Made by a program: the position numbers and the translations under genes. A stretch of DNA of 64,000 nucleotides from Octopus vulgaris (Eukaryota): NCBI GenBank assembly GCA_951406725.2, contig OX597831.1, forward strand, positions 25,544,001 to 25,608,000, given 5' to 3'. This document shows, piece after piece, positions 14,090 to 26,050 of the stretch. The notes under the pieces were generated by a model. The model did no database searches. It saw only the letters and a list, made by a program, of their open reading frames with translations, and had not been told where the DNA came from. How positions within the stretch are numbered: position 1 is the stretch's first letter; every line of letters starts with the position of its first letter.

Positions 14090-14149
14090 CAATTCCAGAG
14101 AAGATGTAGTCTGTGTGTCTGTGTGTGGAAGTGGACATTGTCGTTTTAG
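14090..14149 (+). other. candidate 60 nt exon (possibly 5' UTR)
   Basis: Long CT tract and CAG acceptor before; TAG|GTAAGA donor after; unique, CpG-retaining neighbourhood. Confidence 0.35.
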
Positions 14150-14549
14150 GTAAGACGTGATCACTTTGGAACAGGATCACCTTCAGACGACCTTGCCACC
14201 GGCTAGAGACACATTCACAATTATTTGCTATTAGAAATAAAATGGCCATTTCCACCTGGTTTTCATTTAATATTTATTTGAAGCTTAGAGGGGAGGGGAC
14301 CTTTAGATTTTATTCTTGTTTTGTCGTTTCATTCACTTATAAATATCAAATTCGTTAACGAAAATAAAAAAACAGTAATTTAATTAATTAATTAATAAAC
14401 AAAACCTGGTATGTGTCTTTAATGAAAAATATCTCAGAGAAAATATTTCACATAAATAAAAATAATAATAAAGTATGTAAATCTGAGACTAAAATTCAGG
14501 CAAATTATTTAAGATAATAAAGTTTTATTATAAAATGATCAAATAATAT

Positions 14550-14945
14550 ATTCTTTTATTCTTATACTTGTTACAGACTGCGGCCATGCTGGAGTACATC
14601 CTTGAAGGATTTTAGTCAAACGAATAAACCCCAGTTCTAATTTTGTTTTAAAGCATGGTACTTATTTTGTACATCACCTTTGCTGAACTGCTAAGTTACA
14701 CCACCGCTGGTTGTCAAGCAGTAATGGGGACAAATACAGGTACAAACACACACAGCACTCACACACACAAATGCACATAAGGGCAGGCTTCTTTCAGTTT
14801 TCATCTACCAAATATATGCACAAGGCTTTGGTCGGTCCAAGGCTATAGTAGAAGATACTTGCCCATGGTTCCACGCAGTGGGACTGAACCCAGAACCATG
14901 TGGTTCGGAAGCAAACTTCTTAACACACAGCTATGCTTGCACCTA
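14550..14945 (-). mobile_element. SINE family A, older subfamily
   Basis: Homology to family A head and tail. Confidence 0.85.
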
Positions 14946-15029
14946 CATATATTACTTAATCTTCTTTTCTTTCATTTTTCCTTTCTTTTTTTAATATTAT
15001 TTCGTTCATTCACTAGCAGTCTTCCAGTT

Positions 15030-15410
15030 ATTTAGCCCTTGGTCACCCCTAATCAAAAACAAAAAAATTATGATCAAATTATTCAAACCATGACCATCAC
15101 ACCTGTCAGAGCATATATGTAAGACTACTTATCTAATGAGTCCTTCCTGTTCCCAAGATGGTGAATTATGATTTAATGAGCATTTGGGTGCTAATTTTAG
15201 CAGGTTGAACAATCACATAGGGATTTCTTCCCCATGAAGACCCTATGTAGTGTTTAACAGTGTGTTGTTTAGTCCCTGGTCAGGTTTGATCCAACAAACC
15301 AGGAATTCATTCTCTAACCAGCCCATCTTTTTTTTTCTTCGATTGTTATTTTTCAGGCATAGTCTATCTTGGACTACGTTATTTAATGTGCCCTCCTTTT
15401 TCTTAAAACA
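15030..15410. repeat. old interspersed repeat, two adjacent diverged copies
   Basis: TTTAG.CC.TGGTCA...TGATC motif recurs, in either orientation, near 8780-8990, 38200, 42740 and 63320. Confidence 0.55.
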
Positions 15411-15429
15411 TTAGGGCAACTGTGCTGTG

Positions 15430-15517
15430 TGCAAGGGAGAAGACTGTGATGGTTTTGTCATGTGATGCATGTGGATGAGGAGAGCTGTGTGAAGAAGTGC
15501 CGAGCTCCAATTGTGGA
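15430..15517 (+). mobile_element. RTE ORF2 C-terminal fragment
   Basis: VQGRRL*WFCHVMHVDEESCVKKC resembles the RRLRW.GHV.RM motif. Confidence 0.7.
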
Positions 15518-16395
15518 TTTCAATTGGTACTTATTTCATCCCCCAAAAGGATTAAAAGTAAAGTCAACCCTGGCAGAATTTGAACTCAGAAAGGAGAGAA
15601 TCAGAAGAAATATTGCTCAGCATTTTGTCCAGCACACTAATGATTCTAGCTTTTAATTATTACACTGTGTAACATGGTTTTTGTCCTGTTATTTCCTATT
15701 TGCTTACCCTTAGAAAGTATGAAAAATGGCTAATATTTCCTTCAAGTTTTGCTTTTGTTACATTTTTTTCAAACCACAAAGAATCCCTCTCAACATATGA
15801 CTATGATGCTCCCCTACTACTCCTGCTCATGATCAATGATGCACATATTGTCAGCCTCTAAGGGACATGATTAAGTGGTTACGGTCAAGTAACTGACAAG
15901 GAAATCTGTGCTATTGAGCAGAATATTTTCTATAATGGTATTTCTTCTTCAGCAACTCTGTGCTGAATCTGTCTGAAATGTAATAGAAAATAGGTCAGTT
16001 TCAAATCATTGATGTCCAGATCACAAAACCAAAATTTGAAGGGAATTCTAAACATTTCCTTTGATTTCTAGATAGAAGCAAATAGGAGATGACACTTACT
16101 GACCAAAGATACAAAAAAAAAAAAAAAAAATAAAATAAAATCTCGTTACACAGTGTAAGTGGTAAGCAATAATGACTTCTGATGCAAACACTAAAATTTA
16201 AGTCAATTCTAGTAAATGTCTGTTATTTTTTTTTCTTTTTAGCTTTATCTTAGGAGGAAAGAGTCACCTATAATTCTTTGCAAGATCCCTCCAATACTAT
16301 TATATTAGAGTCACAGAGTTGCAGGGTGTTTAAGTTGTCAGAGGACCTGAAATACAATTGTTGAACAGGGTTGTAGATACCTACTTAAATGACAT

Positions 16396-16608
16396 ACTCT
16401 TTTACTCTTTTACTTGTTTCAGTCATTTGACTACGGCCATGCTGGAGCACCGCCTTTAGTTGAGCAAATCGACCCCGGGACTTATTCTTTGTAAGCCCAG
16501 TACTTATTCTATCGGTCTCTTTGGTTGAACCGCTAAGTGACGGGGACGTAAACACACCATCAGTTGTCAAGCAATGCTAGGGGGACAAACACAGACACAC
16601 AAACACAT

Positions 16609-16677
<69 letters not shown>

Positions 16678-16842
16678 TACGACAGGCTTCTTTCAGTTTT
16701 CCAATCTACCAAATCCACTAACAAGGCATGGGTCGGCCCGGGGCTATAACAGAAGACACTTGTCCAAGATGCCACACAGTGGGACTGAGCCCGGAACCAT
16801 GTGGTTGGTTAGCAAGCTACTTGCCACACAGCCACTCCTGCG
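16396..16842 (-). mobile_element. SINE family A, full length
   Basis: As above. Confidence 0.92.
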
Positions 16843-16854
16843 TATTCACATGCA

Positions 16855-17180
16855 ACTGGGCAAGGTTCAGTGGTTAGAGTGTCGGCCTTACAATCACAAA
16901 GTTGTGAGTTCAATTCCCTGACCAAACCATGCATGATATTTTCAAGCAAGACAAATTATTTCACTTTGCTTTAATTCACTCAGCTCAGTTGTAGAAATGG
17001 GTTGCAACATCACTGGTGATGAGCTGTATTGATCTTTAGCATTTCCATGGACAACATGGGTGGCATGGAGAGGGGTGGTTGGTATGCATGGGTGACTACT
17101 AGTTATCCATTAACAACCTTACCCAGGAGCTTTCTAGGTGCGATCAATCCCATGGTCATTCATGATCAAAGGGGGTCTTT
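16855..17180 (+). mobile_element. tRNA-derived CORE-like SINE family D
   Basis: CAGTGGTTAGAGTGTCG head, GAGTTCAATTCC B box; homologous to 31339-31672. Confidence 0.8.
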
Positions 17181-17239
17181 ACTCTTTTATACACTTCTAT
17201 GCAAATACATGTATATTAATAATAAATACCTGAGATATA

Positions 17240-17424
17240 GGCATAAGTGTGGCTGTGTAGTAAGTAGCTTGCTTACCAACCACATGGTTTTGGGTTCAAT
17301 CCCACTGCGTGGCACCTTGGGCAAGTGTCTTCCACTATAGCCTCAGGCCGACCAAAGCCTTGTGAGTGGATTTGGTAGACGGAAACTGAAAGAAGCACGT
17401 CGTATATATATATGTATATATATT

Positions 17425-17455
<31 letters not shown>

Positions 17456-17676
17456 ATGTGTTTGTGTGTCTGTGTTTGTCCCCACAACATCACCTGACAA
17501 CCGATGCTGGTGTGTTTACGTCCCTGTAACTTAGCGGTTCGGCAAAAGAGACTGATAGAATAAGTACTAGGCTTACGAAAAGAATAAGTCCTGGGGGTCG
17601 ATTTGCTCGACTAAAAGGCGGTGCTCCAGCATGGCCACAGCCAAATGACTGAAACAGATAAATGTGTAAAAGAGTA
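17240..17676 (+). mobile_element. SINE family A, full length
   Basis: As above, opposite orientation to the 16396 copy. Confidence 0.92.
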
Positions 17677-17994
17677 TATACATACACATACAGACACACA
17701 TGCACTCACACATACATACATATATGTATATTTGTACACATACACATGTGCACAGACAAATGTACATGTGCACACACACACACACGCATATGCTTTGTTG
17801 TATCCCCAGTGTCAAGATCTCTTCTTCAACATTATTGATGCCTTTCATTGTTATAACAGTGTCTTCTGATGTCATTGATCACAGAATCATCCCTAAAGCT
17901 ATGAAGATGGTCCTTGTTGCATACATTTTTTTCTGGTTCATTTTCCTTCAGTGTGTTGACATTAAGTGTTATCTACAGCAACATCTTCCCTACA

Positions 17995-18112
17995 TTCTTC
18001 TCTCTCTCTCTCTAACTCTCTCTCTCTAACTCTCTCTCTCTCTCTCTGTCTCTCTCACTCTCTCTCTCTGCCTTTCTCTCTCTCTCTCCCTTTCTTTCTC
18101 TCTCTCTCTCTT

Positions 18113-18177
<65 letters not shown>

Positions 18178-18298
18178 TTCTTTCTCTCTCTCTTTCTTTC
18201 TCTCTCTCTTTCTTTCTCTCTCTCTTTCTTTCTCTCTCTCTTTCTTCCTCTCTCTCTTTCTTTGTCTCTCTCTTTCGCTTTCTTTCGCTCTTTCTCTG

Positions 18299-18330
<32 letters not shown>
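17995..18330. repeat. (CT)n/(CTTT)n then (CA)n microsatellite
   Basis: Polypyrimidine run. Confidence 0.95.
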
Positions 18331-18331
<1 letters not shown>

Positions 18332-18359
18332 TACTTATCCTTCTTTCTTCTATCTTTAA

Positions 18360-18725
18360 TACTTCTTTCTGTCATTGGACAGCAGCCATGCTGGGGCACC
18401 ACCTCAAAGGGATTGTCAAACAAATTGACCCCGGTACTTATTCTTTTAAAGCTTGGCACTTATTCTATCGATCTCTTTAATGAAACTGCTAAGTTACAAG
18501 GGTTCAAATACATGAACATCTTTTGTGAGATGGTGTGGGTGACCAACGCACACACGTATCAATACATACATGCAACAAGCTTCTTTCACTTTTCATCTAC
18601 TAAATACACTCATCTGGCTTTGGTTAGCCCAGAGCTATAGTAGAAGACATTTTCCCTTGGTGCCACACTGTGGGACTGAACCCAGAACCATGTAATTGGG
18701 AAACAAACTTCTTACCATACAGCCT
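18360..18725 (-). mobile_element. SINE family A, older subfamily
   Basis: Diverged homology. Confidence 0.8.
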
Positions 18726-18729
18726 ACAT

Positions 18730-19138
18730 ACTCTTTTACTCTTTTACTTGTTTTGGTCATTTGGCTGTGGCCATGCTGAAGCACTGCCTTTAGTCGAGCT
18801 AATCGACCCCAAAACTTATTCTTTGTAAGACTAGTACATATTCCATCAGTCTCTTTTGCCGAACCGCTAGGTTACAGAGACGTAAACACACAAGCATTGG
18901 TTGTCAAGCGATGTTGGGGGGACAAACTCAGACACACAAACTCACACACATAGACACACACGCACACACACATATATATACATATATATATACGACAGGC
19001 TCCTTTCAGCTTCCGTCTACCAAATCCACTCACAAGGCTTTGGTCGGCCCGAGGCTATAGTAGAAGACACTTGCCCAAGGTGCTACGCAATGGGACTGAA
19101 ACTGGAACCATGTGGTTGGTAAGCAAGCTACTTACCAC
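18730..19138 (-). mobile_element. SINE family A
   Basis: As above. Confidence 0.9.
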
Positions 19139-19584
19139 CATTGTTTAATGTCCACCTTCCATGCTGGCATGGGTTTGAGTAATTGCATTGGGAAGAGCAA
19201 AGTAGTTTGGAGAAGGGAGGAAATTGTCCTCAAACTAGAGACCAAGCCTGTGTGTTTACAACAGAAAGGACTTAATCAAAGGCACTGGAGGACCAGGTTG
19301 TGATGTGCAACAAAGCAAACCCTACTGAAAACAACCAAGGGCAAAGTACTGATAGATTCAGACTACAGCATATATTTCATCAGAAGGCAGGGAGCTGGGA
19401 GAAACGTTAGCAACCTTGTTTGTAAAAAAATTTGTACTTGGGTTTGCACTAAGCAGATTTCATTCCCACACTTATGTGGACCCTGGTTGAGAACATCTGC
19501 TCTAGATTTTCTAGTTGTGATGACATAGAAAGTTGTTTCATCTTGCATTTAAGACTCTACGTTGTATTTGACTGTGGTTTGTTT

Positions 19585-19950
19585 AACTCCAGTCAAGATG
19601 GACTGAGGGATTACAACCGTGTTTCGTGGTCTGCTACCACAACAGCTCCTTTATAGGATCCAGTTAGCTCAAGACATCCTCAGGAGGAACCACGTTCGGT
19701 TTCGGCCCCTACTCCACTACTGTTTTGACGTGGCGGGGCCCCCCCTTTCGGAGGTGTCTTCAGCTTTTTGTGTTGGGTGCATGTCTTCTTTCTTCTTCTT
19801 TCTTCTGTTCCCTGGCCTCTTCGATGTATCGTCAGCAAGTGTCAGCTGGTGACTGACTGTCTTGTCAAATTTCTCCTTTTAAATACCTACTGCTAGGCTC
19901 CAGCAGGCAGCCCCAGCAAATTGTCACGTGACACTGTCTCACCTGACATT
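19585..19950 (-). other. GC-rich structured segment, LTR/pLTR-like
   Basis: Nested inverted repeats at 19666-19765; on minus strand begins TGTCAGG and has GGTATTTAAA upstream of the fold. Confidence 0.4.
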
Positions 19951-20403
19951 TGGTTTGTAACCATCTTGTCTTTTATCTAGACATGCTGTATCTCTACAAT
20001 GATCTTGTCCGATGTATACTTCTATTTTATTTTTGAAGCTATTAGGATGAGATTTAAAGGAGATTCTGTTACTATATCTAGCAAATTAAATGACAACATG
20101 GTGGGCCCCATCAGCTCTTACTTTTGCTGTTGTAGTTGGTGGTGGTGGTGGTGATGGTGGTGGTGGTGGCGGCGATGGCAGCAGTGCTGCTGCTGCTGTT
20201 GTCTGGAAAGTAAAATGGTAGAATAAATAGTTTACTTTTGATAATGTGATTTTATTTCTATGAAAATTAAAAGCTTCAGACATATTTTTATTTCGTTTCT
20301 CATTTATTTTTACAGGTGGGGATTGAGTGTTTAGAAATGGAATTAAATTGTAAATCATGTTTAGAGTACAAACATCATCATCATCATAATAATAATAATG
20401 ATG

Positions 20404-20448
<45 letters not shown>

Positions 20449-20754
20449 CATAAGAAAAGTAGAAGAAATAATGTAATTCTTTTAATTTGGGATGGTGACT
20501 AACTCAAATAGAAATTGTTGAAAATGTCTATTTGAAGAATCTAACAACAGACTTGTAGATAGCAAAAATATTTTTCTTTTAAATTCTTCACATGCATACA
20601 CATATATCATAAGTGTCCCATCAGTCAGTCAGAATTTCATAGATAAAATACCACTTAAAGCTGCTTATTTTAAGGGACACCTGTTCAACCTTTAAATGTA
20701 CACTAATAGGAATGGACGTTTTAATAAATTATATTTATTTAAAAACATCTTTTA

Positions 20755-21013
20755 TTGTATTTCGTTTTTTGGATTTGGTTTGCAAGATTCTTAATATGAG
20801 TTCGTGTGTTGAAGCATATTCTGTTGTGTCTGGGGAGAGTCATTTTCTTTTTGTGCCTTATAATGTAACACACTCACTGGTAAAATTTCCACTTGCAAGA
20901 CGCAACGAAAATTTTAGGAAAATAAAAATAAGAAAAAAGTGGAAATTTTACCGGTGAGTGAGTTACATTATAAGGCACAAAAAGACAATTACTTTCCCCA
21001 GACACAACAGAAT
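20755..21013. mobile_element. palindromic element family G
   Basis: Arms about 20818-20894 and 20937-21013 are inverted; homologous to 53703-54008. Confidence 0.75.
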
Positions 21014-21159
21014 CTTTTATTGTAATTTGAGAACAATTGTATGTATGTTTTCTTACACATTATGCACTCTAATTAATATTCAATGTTTTCATCTTTCTTC
21101 TTATATGCCATCATCGTCATCATCACTCTCATAATCATCTTCATCGTTATCATCTATCT

Positions 21160-21315
21160 ATCTTTTTCTTTTTTTTCTTCATGATTCCTTTTGATCGGAA
21201 TTCGACCCACTTTTTTTTTCCTTCTCTTCTTCCGAAAAAGAAAAGCTCTTTGTATTTTGTCCTTTCTGTGTTCAGCCCTGCGTGACCAATAAAGAAATCT
21301 ATCTATCTATCTATC
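21160..21315 (+). mobile_element. probable LINE 3' end abutting (ATCT)n
   Basis: AAGAAAAGCTCT...CAGCCCTG.GTG.C.AATAAAGAAA then ATCT repeats; homologous to 44790-44915. Confidence 0.6.
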
Positions 21316-21715
21316 GATACATATATACATACTCACACACACACACACACACACACATCATGCTGGTACAAAGGTACTGGCCGATTTTTTTTAGAAAACA
21401 TTTTTAGAAGGTATTTTTTAAAATTGTGCCTCTTGCAGTGTTTTAAGAATGTCACAATGACTAATTTATACACTTTTCTTTCAGATTCTGAAGGTACTGG
21501 CCATAATCTTCTGCTATATTCGCACCCATGTTTATCCCATCTAAATGTCACATTAGACATGTCTTACTCTGTGAGTTTCATGAAGGTGTCAATGCAAGTA
21601 CAGCAGCAAAGTCTTTTCAAAAACAAACAATGCACATATGGGAAATTAAAAATATAAAATGGCAACAATTTATAAATCGCACCCTGTATGTATATATATA
21701 TATATATATATATAT

Positions 21716-21870
21716 AGGGAGAATTTACGAAAAAACAAGAGACGAAGACAGGTGGTGTACAAAACAAACAGATGTATTAGTATAATGCTCGGGAATAGAA
21801 AAAGTCTTTTACGTTTTGAGCCTACAGAAAGGGACACAGAAAAAAACAAAGAGAGAAACTAGGAGAGAAT
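21716..21870 (-). mobile_element. family F element, internally deleted
   Basis: AGTCTTTTACGTTTTGAGCCTAC; flanked by (TA)n. Confidence 0.7.
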
Positions 21871-21890
21871 ATATATATATATATATATAT

Positions 21891-22278
21891 CTTACAAACA
21901 ATAACTCTGAGCACCTTTTCAAACTCCACCCGTCTAACACCCGTGGACATATTTACAAAGTCAGAAAACAGCACAGCTCCCATGACTTTAGGAAACATTT
22001 TTTCACACTGAGAGTTGCTGAAGCATGGAACAAACTGCCAACATCAGTTGTTAGTTGTCGGAGCACTGCATCCTTCAAAACTTCCATGCTTTCTGAGATT
22101 CGCCAACACTACACCTCATTTCCTCCCCTCCATACACACATAAGCATGTATCTGACTCATACACTGTTCACTTTCCAGACATTTGTACATTACTGCATAT
22201 ACTTTATACGCACTTTCTGACAAGTTGTGGTGCACCTGAGCACTGTATACAATAATTTCATTATTATTATTATTATTA
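21891..22278 (+). mobile_element. CR1-group LINE 3' end (ORF2 C-terminus, 3' UTR, (ATT)n tail)
   Basis: NTRGHIYKVRKQHSSHDFRKHFFTLRVAEAWNKLPTSVVSCRSTASFK matches the CR1 TRGH..FF..RV...WN.LP motif. Confidence 0.88.
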
Positions 22279-22951
22279 TATATATATTTACACACATACA
22301 CAATACATTTCATACAATTTGATCGAGGTGATAACCTAAGACAGCACACATCAGAGGGACTGGTATGAAAAGTATGGTGACAACTCTCAATCAGCCCTTC
22401 TTACAGGCACCAACCTGGGTTATCACCTAACTTTTCTGTGAAACTGATGGGTAAAATTGGCTTAAATGGATTTTGGCATGATACTACATGTTATACGTTT
22501 TAATATACCCATTCTATTGAGAAACGTACCAGTGCATGCATTCTTCCAGCTTATGGATTCTATTGAAAATGGACCGATGAATTTCACCGGAACGATGCAT
22601 GCCTAACAAAGTGAATGCTAAATCAATGATGCTGATAAATACGAGGAAAATGCATGCATACATAATGCACACATCCACAGGTGTGCATAAATGTATATAT
22701 ATATGCATGTGTTTGTGTGTGTATGTATAGGTATGAACTTGAGTGTTGTATACAATAAGTTCATCATATTTCAAATATACATACCAGTCAGACTCATAGA
22801 CATGCATACACACACATTCATGCGTACATGCAAATGCACACACGTATCTAAACACATACATATATACATGCATACTACATACACACATGCCTATACATAT
22901 ATATATATATATACAAATTTGTATGTATATATATATATATATACAAATATG

Positions 22952-22989
<38 letters not shown>

Positions 22990-22991
22990 TG

Positions 22992-23049
<58 letters not shown>

Positions 23050-23410
23050 CATATATACATACATACACATACATACATCATCAGTACATACATACATACA
23101 TACGAATGTAATTGGATCACATTCTTCAGGTTTCTATTGCATTAACAATGTCCTTGGTGATACAAAAATAGATATAATGTCAAAATATCAACATATTCCA
23201 AATTCACGTGTTAGCTGCTACAGTTTTTGTTATCTATAATCTGTAATAATTCAGGGGGGAAAATAAATAATTTGGAGAATTATTCAGAAGTTCTATGTCA
23301 GAAACACATTTCCTGAATCCCCAATACCAGTTTAAGGAATTAATGGCAAAATATTGTATTCTTTCAGCCACTAGTAGTGAAAGGTCTGGTTTGTAATATT
23401 CTAGATCCTT

Positions 23411-23778
23411 GTTAGCATGCCGGGTGAAATGCTTAGCTGTATTCCGTCTGTCTTTATGTTCTGAGTTCAAATTCTACCAATGTCGACTTTGCCTTTCATC
23501 ATTTTGGGGTCGATAAATTAAGTACTAGTTGCATACTGGCCCCATCCCCCAAAATTTCGGGCTTTGTGTCTAGAGTAGAAAAGAATATTCTAGTTTCTTG
23601 TTAGCATGCTGGGTGAAGTGCTTAGCAGTACTTCGTCTGTCTTCATGTTCTGTGGCTGACTTTGCCTTTCATCCTTTCGGGGTCAATAAATTAAGTACCA
23701 GTTGCATCCTGGGGGTCAATCTAATCAACTGAATCCCCACCCAAGAAATTTCGGGCCTTGTGCCTAGACTAGAAAAGA
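23411..23778 (+). mobile_element. tandem pair of SINE family B variants
   Basis: Two GACTTTGCCTTTCATC.TTT.GGGGTC units; AATATTCTAGATCCTT direct repeat on both sides. Confidence 0.8.
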
Positions 23779-24114
23779 ATATTCTAGATCCTTAAAAAAT
23801 TGAATACCAGGAAGGAATATTCCATGTTGCCATTTTATGATGTAATACATCATATTAATAATTCTTTTGTCTCTCATTTGTTTTAGTCAATAGACTGTGG
23901 CCATACTGGATCACTGCCTTCAAATGAATAAAGCACAATATTTTTTCTTTTATTGTTGTAAAGCATGCTACTTATTTTATCAGTACATATTGCTGAACTG
24001 CTAAGTTATGAGGACTTTAACAAACCAATACTGGATGTCAAGCAGTGGTCGGAAATTAACATAGACACAAGCACACACACACACACATACACACACACAC
24101 ACACATATACACAC

Positions 24115-24149
<35 letters not shown>

Positions 24150-24152
<3 letters not shown>

Positions 24153-24392
24153 AAAGGGTAAAATTAATTAATTAATAAATTATTAATAATTTTACCAAGT
24201 AGTTCAGTATGTTAAAAGAACCATTATTGGTAAACTTAAACAAAAATTCTATAATTATGAGTATAATTATAATTAGGGAGATATCTTACGGTAGTAAAAT
24301 AGTAGTCTAACTTCTATTTCTAAATTTCGGGATGTGGTGAAGCAAATTTTGCTGAACCCTAATTATCATTATACTCATAATTATAGAATTTC
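24150..24392. mobile_element. AT-rich partly palindromic element nested in a family A SINE (about 23870-24610)
   Basis: Inverted arms about 24244-24278 and 24357-24391; appears related to 4350-4650. Confidence 0.55.
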
Positions 24393-25350
24393 ATCATCAT
24401 CGTTTAACATCCGTTTTCCTTGCTAGCATGGGTTGGACAATTTATATATATATACACACACAATAGGCTTCTTTCAGATTCTATCTACCTAATCCATTCG
24501 CAAGCATTTAGTCTGCTCAAGACTATAGTAGAAGATATTTGCTCTAGGTTTCACAAACTGGAACTGAACCCAGAATCATGTGGTTGGGAAGCAAGCTTCT
24601 TTCCACACATCCAAGTTATTTTTCACACATTGTACTAGCTGAGCCTTAGTTCCATTTTTCATAAAGATTAATACTATCTTTGCAATGTATGCTGAAATAT
24701 GTACATGTACTAAATGAAAAATGGCTGTATATTTCATGTTGCTTGAATTACCATCAAAACATGGAACATTCCTCCAGTTTATTCAATTTCTTTTGGATTT
24801 AGAAGATTATGTACTGCATAAGATAATGGCAGTAGCTGAAATTATAGAATACTTTGTCGTTAATTCTTTAAAGCAATTTGATACTGGATGCTCATTAACT
24901 ATAATATAATATGGAAGCTTCTTTCTAATTTTTTCCAATTATTTCCAAATTCTTACATCTTGTATAAATCTTAAATTATACCAGCGAATAGTTTAGTTTC
25001 AATCTGTTTAATATTCTGTTCTTGTCTCACTGCTCACTCAATAGATACCTTTCAAGGACTGAGACCTACTCATCTCATTTGTTCTATGAATCTTTACAAG
25101 AAGGGTCAATGATACCTATGAGACATTTTGGAAATCACTTTGCATGCTAAAATATGGAAGTGCTACTGAAATTCTAAACAATTTAGATAAAATCTCATAA
25201 TCTTACATACATACATGCATGCATACATACATATGTACATGCACACACACACATATGTATGTATATATATGTATATATGTCTGTATATAAATATATGTAT
25301 ATATATATATATCTGTATATATGTATGTTTATATATATGTGTATATATAT

Positions 25351-25408
<58 letters not shown>

Positions 25409-25447
25409 ATATGTACATACATATACACATATATATAATCATAAAGT

Positions 25448-25560
25448 GTAGATTGCTCTGCATTTTAAATTGATGTAATGATTGCATTGTTCAATTAAAT
25501 GGAGTTGCATGAAACGATCGTACTGCATTACCTCTGGATATCCTTGTTGCTTATTTTGAT
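25448..25560 (+). mobile_element. partial copy of the long-stem HHR element
   Basis: Homologous to 57915-58022; GAAA-CGATCG-TA-CTGCA. Confidence 0.65.
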
Positions 25561-25829
25561 TATATATATATATACTTGTGCGTGGTGCGTGTGTATATAT
25601 ATATGTATATGCATATATGTATATGCACAAACGCACACTTATATATTGAGTAATTGTAACATATTATTTTATATATATATATATATATATACACTTACAC
25701 ACCCCCACACACATATATATACCTATACACACATACATGTATTAGTGCTCAAAATGTGGAGAAGATAAAACAGTGGACAACTACTGAAGGGATTGTTCTT
25801 TGTCGCCTGTCTTGTTTTTCTATTTCTAT

Positions 25830-26050
<221 letters not shown>

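Noticed and set aside
21816-22220. 134 aa ORF as a host gene
   Set aside because: Fusion of repeat sequence and a CR1 ORF2 C-terminus
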